The translations under genes and the position numbers were made by a program. DNA of 64,000 nucleotides, taken from the IMG/VR virus record IMGVR_UViG_3300028591_000214, positions 442 through 64,441 of that record; one strand, given 5' to 3'. Position 1 is the stretch's first letter. Every line of letters starts with the position of its first letter. The notes below the pieces were generated by a model, which was given only the letters and a program-made list of their open reading frames with translations, was not told the origin of the DNA and did not search any database. Source of the DNA: a virus. Lineage: Duplodnaviria > Caudoviricetes. Shown in pieces: positions 41,022 through 50,684 of this stretch.

Positions 41022-41770
41022 TGGAAAGTCTATATAATTATTTTGAAGAAGTAAAAATATTAAGCCTTTTAAAAGATAAAGAAAAAAGGAATAATATCGA
41101 GAAACAATGTAACCGAGTTTTCGGTGAAATATATCCATACCATAATGCTGTTATATTCCCGCACAACCAAACAATTATGCAGGGTTTTAATGCTTTTAAT
41201 ACAGGTTCATTTAAAAAACCTAATGAAATAGGTTGTGCTATGGAGCATTATCGAATCATTAAAGAAGCTTTTGAAAAAGGTATAGAGACTATCTTTATAA
41301 TGGAAGATGATATAGCTTTTATAAAAGATGATGATTATTTTAAGAACTGTATGGATAATATTCCTGATAATTGGGATATATTAATGATGTCTTCTTATAT
41401 AGGTATTAGAACAAATGATTATATTGATTTGCTTGCGAGATCTGAAAGTGTAAATACATACTGGTTTATTCCGTTTTGGCCGGGATGGTGTACCGCATGT
41501 TATGCATTATCCCATAAAGGCATGCAATATTATTTAGCATGTCAAGACAAATATTTTCAAGTAGCCGATATGCCATTATATAATGCGTTAAAATATGATA
41601 CTAATAAAAAGATAGTTAATACATATTTTACAAAGAAGCCGTTAGCAATTCAGAAAGATTTATTATATTCATCTGACATCAGAAATAAAGAAGAGATTCT
41701 TGAGAAGAAAAAATGGAATCTCTATGAACAAAATATAAAAGAATCTGATTATTATCTTGATGATAAATAA
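41021..41770 (+). CDS. Glycosyltransferase family 25-like, 249 aa
   Basis: NEIGCAMEHYRII, IFIMEDDIAF, PDNWDILM and CTACYALSHKG. Confidence 0.8.
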   Translation: MESLYNYFEEVKILSLLKDKEKRNNIEKQCNRVFGEIYPYHNAVIFPHNQTIMQGFNAFNTGSFKKPNEIGCAMEHYRIIKEAFEKGIETIFIMEDDIAFIKDDDYFKNCMDNIPDNWDILMMSSYIGIRTNDYIDLLARSESVNTYWFIPFWPGWCTACYALSHKGMQYYLACQDKYFQVADMPLYNALKYDTNKKIVNTYFTKKPLAIQKDLLYSSDIRNKEEILEKKKWNLYEQNIKESDYYLDDK

Positions 41771-41798
41771 CTAATAAATTTTATCAGTTATTTTAATT

Positions 41799-42137
41799 AT
41801 GTGTTTATATGATGAAGAAAATGATAATTTCTTAAATGAGGCCATAGAATTTTCTGAAAATATTAGAGGACTTGAAGATGAAACAGAAGAATCTATGGAA
41901 GAAGACAATGAGAGTATTGAAAATTCAGATTTATTAACAATTCTATCAACAGAATTGGAAAAATTAGAATGTGACCGAAAAAAGCTTAAATTTAAATATA
42001 AAGGTTCCGAGAACAAATATGAAGCTATTCCGTTAAAATTAATAAGTTGGGGAAAGAAATGTATATTTAATGTCATTAAGCCAGCAGCTGAACAAGGACT
42101 TCAAGCTTTTTATGTAGGTAATATTTTATATGAATAA
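41799..42137 (+). CDS. Hypothetical protein, 112 aa
   Basis: Plus-strand ORF co-oriented with its neighbours. Confidence 0.6.
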   Translation: MCLYDEENDNFLNEAIEFSENIRGLEDETEESMEEDNESIENSDLLTILSTELEKLECDRKKLKFKYKGSENKYEAIPLKLISWGKKCIFNVIKPAAEQGLQAFYVGNILYE

Positions 42138-42294
42138 TAAATTAAATCCAAAAAATGTACAATTAGGAAAATTTAAATTAGATGATAATATAGATTTTCC
42201 TAATTTTTCCATAAAATTAAAGAAGCCTGTAAACAAAGTCAAGGTAGTAGATTTAAAAAATAAAAAAGACACATCAATAATAGAATTGTTTTAA
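42130..42294 (+). CDS. Small basic hypothetical protein, 54 aa (MNNKLNPKNVQLGKFKLDDNIDFPNFSIKLKKPVNKVKVVDLKNKKDTSIIELF)
   Basis: Not in the ORF track. Fills the gap exactly, overlapping the upstream stop and ending 1 nt before the next ATG. Confidence 0.6.
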   Translation: MNNKLNPKNVQLGKFKLDDNIDFPNFSIKLKKPVNKVKVVDLKNKKDTSIIELF

Positions 42295-42295
42295 T

Positions 42296-43114
42296 ATGGA
42301 TTTAAAAACAATAGTAACAGATTATAATAATACACAGTTTTCAAAAGAACAGCGAAGTGAATATAAGAAAATGAATATTCACGATATTTTAAATTTAATA
42401 AAGAAAGAATTTGATTCAAATGTACAGGCTAAAAGATGTCATGAGAAATATTATGATATAGAAGGTCATAAGTATTATCATATGACAGAATCTGAAATTA
42501 TAAAATCCTGGAATGAAAAAGCTGCAAAAACAAGACAGCTTGGAAATAAGATAGATGAATATATACAGTTAATTTTAAACGGCGCTACGGAAAAAGAAAT
42601 TAAGTTATACAGATTAGATAATGATATTAATAATGAACCTATATTAAAAGGAAAATGTGACGCGGTTGAGCAGTTATTGAATAATCTTAAAAAATTAAAA
42701 TTAGAAAAAGAATTACAGGAAGAACCGTTATATTTTAAATATAAGGATTATATTTTTTCTGGAAGAGAAGATTGTATTTTTAAAGGAAAAGACAGATATG
42801 TATTAGTTGATTGGAAATCATCAAAAGTCAATACACAAAATAATTACGGAAATAAAATGTTTGGTCCATTAAAAGATTTTGATGATTGCAATTATATAGA
42901 ATATACTTTACAAATTTATTTTTATAAATATTTTCTTATTCATACATATAATATAACAGATCCTATAGATACATATATTATTGAATTCAGGATACGTGAT
43001 GATCTTACAAATACAGGAGAATATTATGTATATAAACCTGCATTTGAATATAATGAAGAATTAATAGAGAAAGTAATAGAATATGCGGTAAACAAAAAAG
43101 AGATTTTGAATTAA
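42296..43114 (+). CDS. PD-(D/E)XK (Cas4/RecB-like) exonuclease, 272 aa
   Basis: GNKIDEYI, QEEPL, SGREDCI, LVDWKSS and YTLQIYFY. Confidence 0.8.
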   Translation: MDLKTIVTDYNNTQFSKEQRSEYKKMNIHDILNLIKKEFDSNVQAKRCHEKYYDIEGHKYYHMTESEIIKSWNEKAAKTRQLGNKIDEYIQLILNGATEKEIKLYRLDNDINNEPILKGKCDAVEQLLNNLKKLKLEKELQEEPLYFKYKDYIFSGREDCIFKGKDRYVLVDWKSSKVNTQNNYGNKMFGPLKDFDDCNYIEYTLQIYFYKYFLIHTYNITDPIDTYIIEFRIRDDLTNTGEYYVYKPAFEYNEELIEKVIEYAVNKKEILN

Positions 43115-43135
43115 ATTAATATAAATTATTAAGAT

Positions 43136-44089
43136 ATGAATCCTATTCAAGAGTTATTTACAGAAAAATTAAGGCCTAAGACATTAGATCAAGCTCTTAT
43201 TGTTCCAAGAATTAGAGAAGAATTGAACAAAGGTTTGGTAGATAATGTATTATTTTATGGACCTGCCGGATCAGGAAAAACTGTTTTATCAAGGATTCTT
43301 GCATATTCAAGACCACATCTTGAAATAAATGCATCTCTTGAAAGAGGTATAGATACAATTAGGGAAAAGGTATTAACTTTTGCGGCATCTGCATCTTTAC
43401 TTACAGATAATAAAGATAATTTAAAAGTTATTTTATTAGAAGAGTGCGATGCAATGACACAGGATGCTTGGAATTCATTAAGGGCATTAATAGAAAAATA
43501 CCATAATAATGTTCGGTTTGTGGCGAATTGTAATTATATTGAAAAGATACCAGAACCGATTCAATCAAGGTTTAATTGTATTTCTATTGCTCCTGTGAAT
43601 AAAGAAGAAGAGGATTATCTTTTTAAAGCATATACAGACAGGGTTTCATTAATTCTTAAAAGTCTCAAGATTTCGGCGAATTTAGAAATAGTCAAGAAAT
43701 TTGTGGCTAAAGATTTTCCGGACATGCGGAGTATCATTAAAAAAATTCAGCAGTTTGTCACAAGGGGAATTAAGGAATTAAATGAATCTGTCATTAAAAC
43801 GACATTTAATGGATCGGAATTATTTGAATTGATTTTAAATGAGAGCGATCCCTGGAAAAATTATCAGTGTGTTATAGGAGAATGGGGAAATAAGGCAGAT
43901 GAGGGAGTTATTGAAATCTGTAAAGATTTTCCAGAATACTTCAGAGAACATAATGGTAATTTATCTAAACTTCCATTGATTGTTATAGCATGTGCAGAAG
44001 CACAAGAACAATTATATAAAGTTGTTGACAAAACAATTGTATTATTAGCCTTAATTTATAAAATTCAATTAATTTTAAAAAACAATTAA
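43136..44089 (+). CDS. Sliding-clamp loader ATPase subunit (T4 gp44/RFC-like), 317 aa
   Basis: LFTEKLRPKTL, YGPAGSGKT, INASLERGID, VILLEECD, ANCNY, IQSRF and FPDMR. Confidence 0.9.
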   Translation: MNPIQELFTEKLRPKTLDQALIVPRIREELNKGLVDNVLFYGPAGSGKTVLSRILAYSRPHLEINASLERGIDTIREKVLTFAASASLLTDNKDNLKVILLEECDAMTQDAWNSLRALIEKYHNNVRFVANCNYIEKIPEPIQSRFNCISIAPVNKEEEDYLFKAYTDRVSLILKSLKISANLEIVKKFVAKDFPDMRSIIKKIQQFVTRGIKELNESVIKTTFNGSELFELILNESDPWKNYQCVIGEWGNKADEGVIEICKDFPEYFREHNGNLSKLPLIVIACAEAQEQLYKVVDKTIVLLALIYKIQLILKNN

Positions 44090-44230
44090 AAACTTTTTAT
44101 AATTTTTTCTATTAATATTTATGTAGTGAGTAAAGTAGGAAAAATGTGAGTGGAGAGGTGAGTTTGTGAAAATGTAGCCTCTCTTTTTATTTTATATGTT
44201 AATTAATATTAAAAAATTCCTTAAAATTTT

Positions 44231-44260
44231 TTTATTTCAAATATTTAATTTAATTTTGTA
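44231..44260 (+). promoter_or_regulatory. Bacteroidota-type (-7 TAnnTTTG) early promoter
   Basis: ttcaaatatttaatt-TAATTTTG-ta (box 44251-44258), near-identical to the elements at 56373 and 60249. Confidence 0.6.
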
Positions 44261-44305
44261 GAGTAAAAATAAAATTAATGTTTAATTCATAAAACAAACA
44301 AGATT

Positions 44306-44446
44306 ATGGAAATTATTTTTGGATTTATTATCGGCTTTGTTATTACTTTTATAGTAGGCGGACTTATCTGTGTTGCAATTTTGGGTGTGTTTTGGCTAAT
44401 TGTCAAGTTCTTAGAATGGCTTTTATTTGATCATTTCAATATTTAA
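44306..44446 (+). CDS. Small hydrophobic membrane protein, 46 aa (MEIIFGFIIGFVITFIVGGLICVAILGVFWLIVKFLEWLLFDHFNI)
   Basis: Not in the ORF track. Lies between its own promoter and a terminator. Confidence 0.65.
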   Translation: MEIIFGFIIGFVITFIVGGLICVAILGVFWLIVKFLEWLLFDHFNI

Positions 44447-44470
44447 AATAATTTGATACCCTTTTATGTA

Positions 44471-44513
44471 AATTAAATAACCAGATGTTTTAACAGCATC
44501 TGGTTATTTAATT
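44471..44513. terminator. Bidirectional terminator (17-bp inverted repeat)
   Basis: aattaaataaccagatg pairs with catctggttatttaatt between convergent genes. Confidence 0.8.
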
Positions 44514-47500
44514 TATTCTTCCAATATATAAGTTTTTGGTATTGAATAATCTTCATTAATAGTTTCTATAGGAAATTCTCGTTTTATTATAGAACTATCT
44601 TCAGTTCCTATAGTCGGTTTTCTGAGCATCAATATATTATATGTTGTATATATAGGAGTATTAAGATTAATAATTACCCTTGGATATATCTGATAACATA
44701 AGTTATAAGGTATATACTGATATACATTTTCTGAATTCTGTTTAAGAATATTATTTAAAGTAGTGGAAGTATCTAAGGTTATTCCGAATTTATTTTCTAT
44801 ATAATCTTCAAATGGAGATAACAATGCTTTTATCTTATTAGAAGTAGAAATATTTAATCCTAATGATACATCTGTAAGTCCACTAATAGCTTTTACGAAT
44901 TCATATCCCTTTGAAGATATTGAAGGCTGTGCAAAATTATAGTTTAATATATAATTTTTTGTATATTTAGGATATTGCCAATATGCGGACCATAAAATAC
45001 TTCTATAATATTCACCATCTTCAGGATGTGTATCAGTATACCATAAATCTTCATAAGAAATAGTATCATATGAATCTGTGGCTATATAAGATTTTTGTGT
45101 TGTCTGTAAATCTTCTAAAGCCATAATTTCATCTGTGACATATTTTTCTTTAAGATTGGGATCATTAATATCTACCATCATATATCCATTACCAGATTTT
45201 GTCAATACACCGCCGAATACATTATTCTCATTATACTTATAAGAAATTTCATATTCATAATTCCATGATTCAATAGCACTCAATTCATCATCACTCCTTT
45301 GTTGTATATATGAATTGGCTTCTACGAATAAACCTGTATTTGTGGCTATTTGATTATATGGTGTTATATCATATTCCCAATTATTATAATTAAAGAATGT
45401 TTGTCCTTGTTTACGTTTTGTTTTAAGTGCTAAAGCATTATATCTTAAAGCAAGGTATGATAATTCATCCTGTTCAATATTATCAGTAATATCGACATAT
45501 ATATTATTATATTTCAGATTAGAATTATATAATTTATAAAAATCTGAAGCTGTTGTATTCTTTAATTCTATAGGATTAATAGGATCTATAGAAATAGCTT
45601 TAACATTATCTTGAAGACCATTTTTTCGAGGAAGTAAAATACTTCCGACAATATTAGAATGTACTAAAGAATTCAGATAATTTTCAGAATTACCAAAATA
45701 TTCATATATTCGTTTATCTGAAATTTTAGGATTGTATAATGTCGTTCTTGTAGTTACTTCTTCTTCAGGTCCTATATAATTAAATCCTTGCATAGCAACA
45801 AGAGGCTTATCGGTATTTGTTGATCCGATTAATGATATAGGATTAATTACAAATGGTTTATTACCTGTACTATTTGTATAATACAGATAATTTATAGAAT
45901 TTTCTGATTTTGAAGGAATATTATCAATATAGAAATTATCTTTATCAAATGTATATGTCCATGTCGTGGCCGGAATTTCAACTAATATCTCTGCTCCTGT
46001 TTCAGGATCAATTTCTGTATACGTAGAACTGTCATTAAGTATAATTGTGACTTTAGAACTTTGAAGAGCTATATCATAATTAAGGTAAGTCAATAATGGA
46101 TTATCTTCTTCAAAATAAATTCTGAGACAGTAAGTATTATTTTCTATATCTTGTAATGAAATGTTTTTAAATGTCACAGTATTATCAGAATAAATTCCTA
46201 TATGCTGCTGTGAATATTTAAGAGCCGGGTTATTAGATATAAATCCGTCCAATGGTATATTATACCATTCACCGCAATCTCTGCTTTCAGGATCAATGAA
46301 TATACCTCCATTCAAAGAATCTGGAAAACTGTTAGAAACTCCGGCAAATACCATATTAGCTGCTATACTTCGAGGAACAAGATTTGTTGAAATATCTTGG
46401 TATTTTAGAAGTGTATCAGATATAATATTATCATTAGAATATTCATTTAATGCCTGTGCAGTTATAGTTTCAGGATCAATATTTATATATCCGTCAAATT
46501 TAAATTTAAATTTATTATTTTTTAAATCATCAATATTATTATCTAAGAAGTGGATTGTAGAATAATTAGATACTATTCCACTGATTTGTGAAGATTGAAT
46601 TACGTCAGCTTGATTAGAAAAACTATTAATTGTAAATGTTAAATCTAATAAGACAGATGTATCCTGTGGTAATAAATTATTTTTAATAAGATATCCCCAT
46701 GTAGAATAATTAAAATTAGATATTTTAAAGTCTACAAAATATTGAAATTGATTACATAAAATTCCATTGTCAATATTATTGGTTTTTTCTAATTCATTAT
46801 TTTTAATTCGAGGATAGAAAGATACTTCTGGTTTTACTCTAAAATCTTGTATACCATTTTGATATATAGTATAATAACATGTTTGTATTTCCCCAGTTGA
46901 AATATCTTCTATATCAATACCGATATAACAATAAAGACTTCCTACTTTACTTAATTTTTTAGGATTGGTAAACGCTTGTTTTTGCTCAAGAGATTTAAGC
47001 GGATCATCTGAATCCTGACCATAATTTAATAAATCTGTTATACTGTTAATAGTCGCATCTGAATAATCAGATATTAATGATCTATTTGTTGTTATGTCTA
47101 AATTAAGAGTAGTCTCATTTACATATATAGCGGTCGATGAACATATAAATTCCTTTTCTTCTGAATCATCAGTTGCTACATTATCAGAATAATGGACAGA
47201 AATAATATGCTGATCATCTACTTCAGTTGATACAAATTTATGTTTATCTGAATTTAATGTAACAATAATAGTCGATCGTTTACCAGCCTCCCAAGAAAGA
47301 TTTTCGCTTAAATTAAATAAAACCAATGGACTATCATCTTCATTTATGATTGTTTCCTTTTCTTCAAATGCCGTAATACTTCCTGTAGTTGTGGAAAATG
47401 TTTCAGTTTTTGAATCATATCCAGTAAACTTAATATAGAAAGGTTTAGTGTAATAATAACTTTTTTCTGAACTGAATACTCGTATAAGTATATTCAGCAT

Positions 47501-49297
47501 TAAAGGATATTCAGAATATATAAGATTATTTTTGGCGGTAGTTATTATTTCATTAGTAAAATCTATACTTATTTCATTATCTGGAGAATTCATGAAATAA
47601 TGGTGGTATACATTAGAATTAAATACAAGAGAACTATTAGAATCTGTAATAGTATACCATGAAATAATATCGAAATTATATATATCGATATTATTTTTTA
47701 TCATTTCAGATTTTAGAAATTTAAAAATATATGGCTTGGTATTAGGTATATAATTATCATTAAAATTAAATTGAACATATAAATCATTATCAAATATAAT
47801 ATCTTTCAGCAGAATATATTTTCCCAATTCCGGATATTTATATACACTGGAATCACCTGGTAGATATAATGTGGTTTCTTCATTTAGATATACATCAGTA
47901 TCAATATACAATTTAGGAGTTTTAGATACTGGATCACCGGAAAATTTATATATTAAGTTATTATTTTGTAAAATTCCAGATAAACCTATATTTGTATAAT
48001 TAGTAGATGATTCATAACAATGAACAAAATTCAATAAATACGGATCATTAAAATTACTTATGTTAAATATAGATTCACTATCTGTGCATTTAGCAAAATT
48101 ATATGTATATGTATTAATTAAATTATTATTTCCGGTTACATAATTAGGTAATTCATATTTAGTGATATTTATATTATTAAATAATACAAATCTGTCATCT
48201 ATAATATCAGCCTGAAATAAATTAAATGGTTTTATTTTTTGTACATTTGCAATAATAGTATTATAATCAGCTCCTTCTAATTCCTTTGTCAGGATAATCA
48301 TATATTCTATTTCTTTACTGACATATCCTGTTCCTTCTTTCCATATATATAATATATCTCCTTCTTTAAATTCCTCTTTTAATGTTACAGGAATAGAAAC
48401 AGAAACACCTTGTTGATTCCAATTTAAGGATGTATTAATAGTATCATTTACAAATAGTGGAATTTTAGGGGATTCAGTTATTTCACTTTTTTCACCATAT
48501 ATAGATTCAACTATTTGATTTTCAATATCTTTTACTGACCAAGGATCAAAAGGAGTATGATAATATACATAACCTATATTATCATTTAATTTTTTTTGTC
48601 CTATAGATGGATCATTTTGGAAATCTGCTGATCGCTCATCAAACCAATTAGATACATCTTCTGTCAATTCATTTCTATCAGGATATGGAGAACTATAAAA
48701 AGGAAATCTTTCGATAGATGTCTCTCCAGTGCTTATATCTTGAAGATGAAATATAGAACTGTCTATTTTATCTGGTGCCTGTTTAAATCGTAAATTCTGT
48801 ATTAAATTAAATCCGCTGGAAGTATCCATATTGATATATTGCATATCTACAAGAATCATGCAATTATTAGAAGGAATAACTTTATTGGTATCATTTTCAA
48901 TTACTGATGAATCATATTTATAAATTGTACTAAATGGGACTCCAGCAGATGTTTTTATTTTATGTATTTCCCTAAAAACTACATTATTTTCAGAATCTAT
49001 AAATTTATTTAAATCATATTCCCACTCATTTGGATTGCTGGGAGTAGCTGGAGTAAATCCGGTATAATATGCGGTGTCGGACTCATTCATTCGACGATTA
49101 TAATCATTTGCATGCTCAATATCTGTATTATATTGTTCAGCATACAGATAAGGAGTAACAGTATAATCTATAGATTCAAAGAAATCATTGATATATCCAA
49201 AATATATACCTTTACCTTTTTTTCCTTGATTACCACATGAACCATCTACTCCTATTGCAGGTAATCCATGTAATTGTAATATTTGATAATTATTCAT
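44513..49297 (-). CDS. Giant virion structural protein (tail fibre/baseplate-associated candidate), 1594 aa
   Basis: N-terminal GLPAIGVDGSCGNQGKKGKG short collagen-like motif and an N/S/T/Y-rich beta-type body. Confidence 0.6.
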   Translation of the reverse strand: MNNYQILQLHGLPAIGVDGSCGNQGKKGKGIYFGYINDFFESIDYTVTPYLYAEQYNTDIEHANDYNRRMNESDTAYYTGFTPATPSNPNEWEYDLNKFIDSENNVVFREIHKIKTSAGVPFSTIYKYDSSVIENDTNKVIPSNNCMILVDMQYINMDTSSGFNLIQNLRFKQAPDKIDSSIFHLQDISTGETSIERFPFYSSPYPDRNELTEDVSNWFDERSADFQNDPSIGQKKLNDNIGYVYYHTPFDPWSVKDIENQIVESIYGEKSEITESPKIPLFVNDTINTSLNWNQQGVSVSIPVTLKEEFKEGDILYIWKEGTGYVSKEIEYMIILTKELEGADYNTIIANVQKIKPFNLFQADIIDDRFVLFNNINITKYELPNYVTGNNNLINTYTYNFAKCTDSESIFNISNFNDPYLLNFVHCYESSTNYTNIGLSGILQNNNLIYKFSGDPVSKTPKLYIDTDVYLNEETTLYLPGDSSVYKYPELGKYILLKDIIFDNDLYVQFNFNDNYIPNTKPYIFKFLKSEMIKNNIDIYNFDIISWYTITDSNSSLVFNSNVYHHYFMNSPDNEISIDFTNEIITTAKNNLIYSEYPLMLNILIRVFSSEKSYYYTKPFYIKFTGYDSKTETFSTTTGSITAFEEKETIINEDDSPLVLFNLSENLSWEAGKRSTIIVTLNSDKHKFVSTEVDDQHIISVHYSDNVATDDSEEKEFICSSTAIYVNETTLNLDITTNRSLISDYSDATINSITDLLNYGQDSDDPLKSLEQKQAFTNPKKLSKVGSLYCYIGIDIEDISTGEIQTCYYTIYQNGIQDFRVKPEVSFYPRIKNNELEKTNNIDNGILCNQFQYFVDFKISNFNYSTWGYLIKNNLLPQDTSVLLDLTFTINSFSNQADVIQSSQISGIVSNYSTIHFLDNNIDDLKNNKFKFKFDGYINIDPETITAQALNEYSNDNIISDTLLKYQDISTNLVPRSIAANMVFAGVSNSFPDSLNGGIFIDPESRDCGEWYNIPLDGFISNNPALKYSQQHIGIYSDNTVTFKNISLQDIENNTYCLRIYFEEDNPLLTYLNYDIALQSSKVTIILNDSSTYTEIDPETGAEILVEIPATTWTYTFDKDNFYIDNIPSKSENSINYLYYTNSTGNKPFVINPISLIGSTNTDKPLVAMQGFNYIGPEEEVTTRTTLYNPKISDKRIYEYFGNSENYLNSLVHSNIVGSILLPRKNGLQDNVKAISIDPINPIELKNTTASDFYKLYNSNLKYNNIYVDITDNIEQDELSYLALRYNALALKTKRKQGQTFFNYNNWEYDITPYNQIATNTGLFVEANSYIQQRSDDELSAIESWNYEYEISYKYNENNVFGGVLTKSGNGYMMVDINDPNLKEKYVTDEIMALEDLQTTQKSYIATDSYDTISYEDLWYTDTHPEDGEYYRSILWSAYWQYPKYTKNYILNYNFAQPSISSKGYEFVKAISGLTDVSLGLNISTSNKIKALLSPFEDYIENKFGITLDTSTTLNNILKQNSENVYQYIPYNLCYQIYPRVIINLNTPIYTTYNILMLRKPTIGTEDSSIIKREFPIETINEDYSIPKTYILEE

Positions 49298-49316
49298 TCT
49301 GAATTATAATTTATAA

Positions 49317-50684
49317 TTAATTGATTGATAATTGATTACCAGAACGTTCTACCGTCCCAAATTCAGTAATTACTGATGCTTGTTGTGCGACATCGACATC
49401 TACTGTCGGTACAATTCCCGAACGATCATATTTTTGTCCAGATGTTGTAGGAATATTATATACGGGATTATGTTTAGAATTAGTGTTATATTTACAAAGG
49501 ATAAAAACTTCAATGCTGGTAATTATTGAAACAGCTAAAATGTCTTCCCTTGTATAATATGTTTTAGGAAGAACAGATATTACACATGGCCCATTAAATA
49601 CACCGCCTCTCATATTTTCAGGAACATTTATAATTTTTTCAATAATAGTATTATTATCATTTACTATTAATTTTATTACAAATGTCTCATTATATAAATT
49701 TAAACTTGGAGAATTCTCCGTAAATTCAATAATCAGTTTATTAAGAGAAGGATCAAGCGTTTCATCAGATTCTGATGGATCTGCTGTAGAAATATCCCAT
49801 CTTACAGAATTTGAAAAATATTTATATACTTCTGTTATAGAATTTGTATATACATTCAATTGTGAATATTGATCATATGATTGTTCTTCAGCTTCTCGAA
49901 GTTTTACTCTTAAATCTTTTACATCTAAAAATATTGGAGCAGAGCTTGAAATATGGAATCCAGAATCTAAAGAATTATAAGTAATATTTAAATTATTAAT
50001 ATTAAATGTATTCTGATCGACTGATGTAATATTTAAAAGAGGATCAATATAGTTATTGTTTATATTGCTTATTATATTAACTGTATATTTCTGTAATATC
50101 GAATCTTGCGCCAGTTTAAAATTGCTGTCTGAATAAGATCCAGATCCTGTATATAATTCTATGAGATTATTAGAAACAAAATCTATACCATTATATTTTT
50201 TGGTATATACTTTAATTCCGGAATTTGAATTTGCAGATTCCGTATCTCCGGTTGATCCAGTTGAATAAATTCCGAACGGCGCATTTTCTAATGATGTAAG
50301 TTTATTGAAATCCTGGAGATTGATTTTACCTACATTGGAAAAAACTAAATTGATATTATTATTATATTCTAATATATCGACTAACTCAATTCTAGATCTA
50401 TTTAGTCTCCAAAATTCTCCTGAAGGAGTAATAAAAATGTCATTTTTTTGATATCCTCTGGAATTAATTTCTGTAGAATTATATATAAGCATTTCATTTT
50501 TAATAATCTTAGAGACTATTAAAGAGAAATTCTGATTTGTGAACGCGATATTAGAATAATATACTGAAGATCCATCTTTACCCGCGGGACCAGTTTTTCC
50601 GTCTATGCCATATGTGGCAATGCCGGGAGCGTAAAGATAATTTTCTTTTAATTCTGAATAAAAGGTTGATACTGTATTGCTCAT
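49317..50684 (-). CDS. Virion structural protein with collagen-like N-terminal motif, 455 aa
   Basis: APGIATYGIDGKTGPAGKDGSSVY. Confidence 0.6.
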   Translation of the reverse strand: MSNTVSTFYSELKENYLYAPGIATYGIDGKTGPAGKDGSSVYYSNIAFTNQNFSLIVSKIIKNEMLIYNSTEINSRGYQKNDIFITPSGEFWRLNRSRIELVDILEYNNNINLVFSNVGKINLQDFNKLTSLENAPFGIYSTGSTGDTESANSNSGIKVYTKKYNGIDFVSNNLIELYTGSGSYSDSNFKLAQDSILQKYTVNIISNINNNYIDPLLNITSVDQNTFNINNLNITYNSLDSGFHISSSAPIFLDVKDLRVKLREAEEQSYDQYSQLNVYTNSITEVYKYFSNSVRWDISTADPSESDETLDPSLNKLIIEFTENSPSLNLYNETFVIKLIVNDNNTIIEKIINVPENMRGGVFNGPCVISVLPKTYYTREDILAVSIITSIEVFILCKYNTNSKHNPVYNIPTTSGQKYDRSGIVPTVDVDVAQQASVITEFGTVERSGNQLSIN

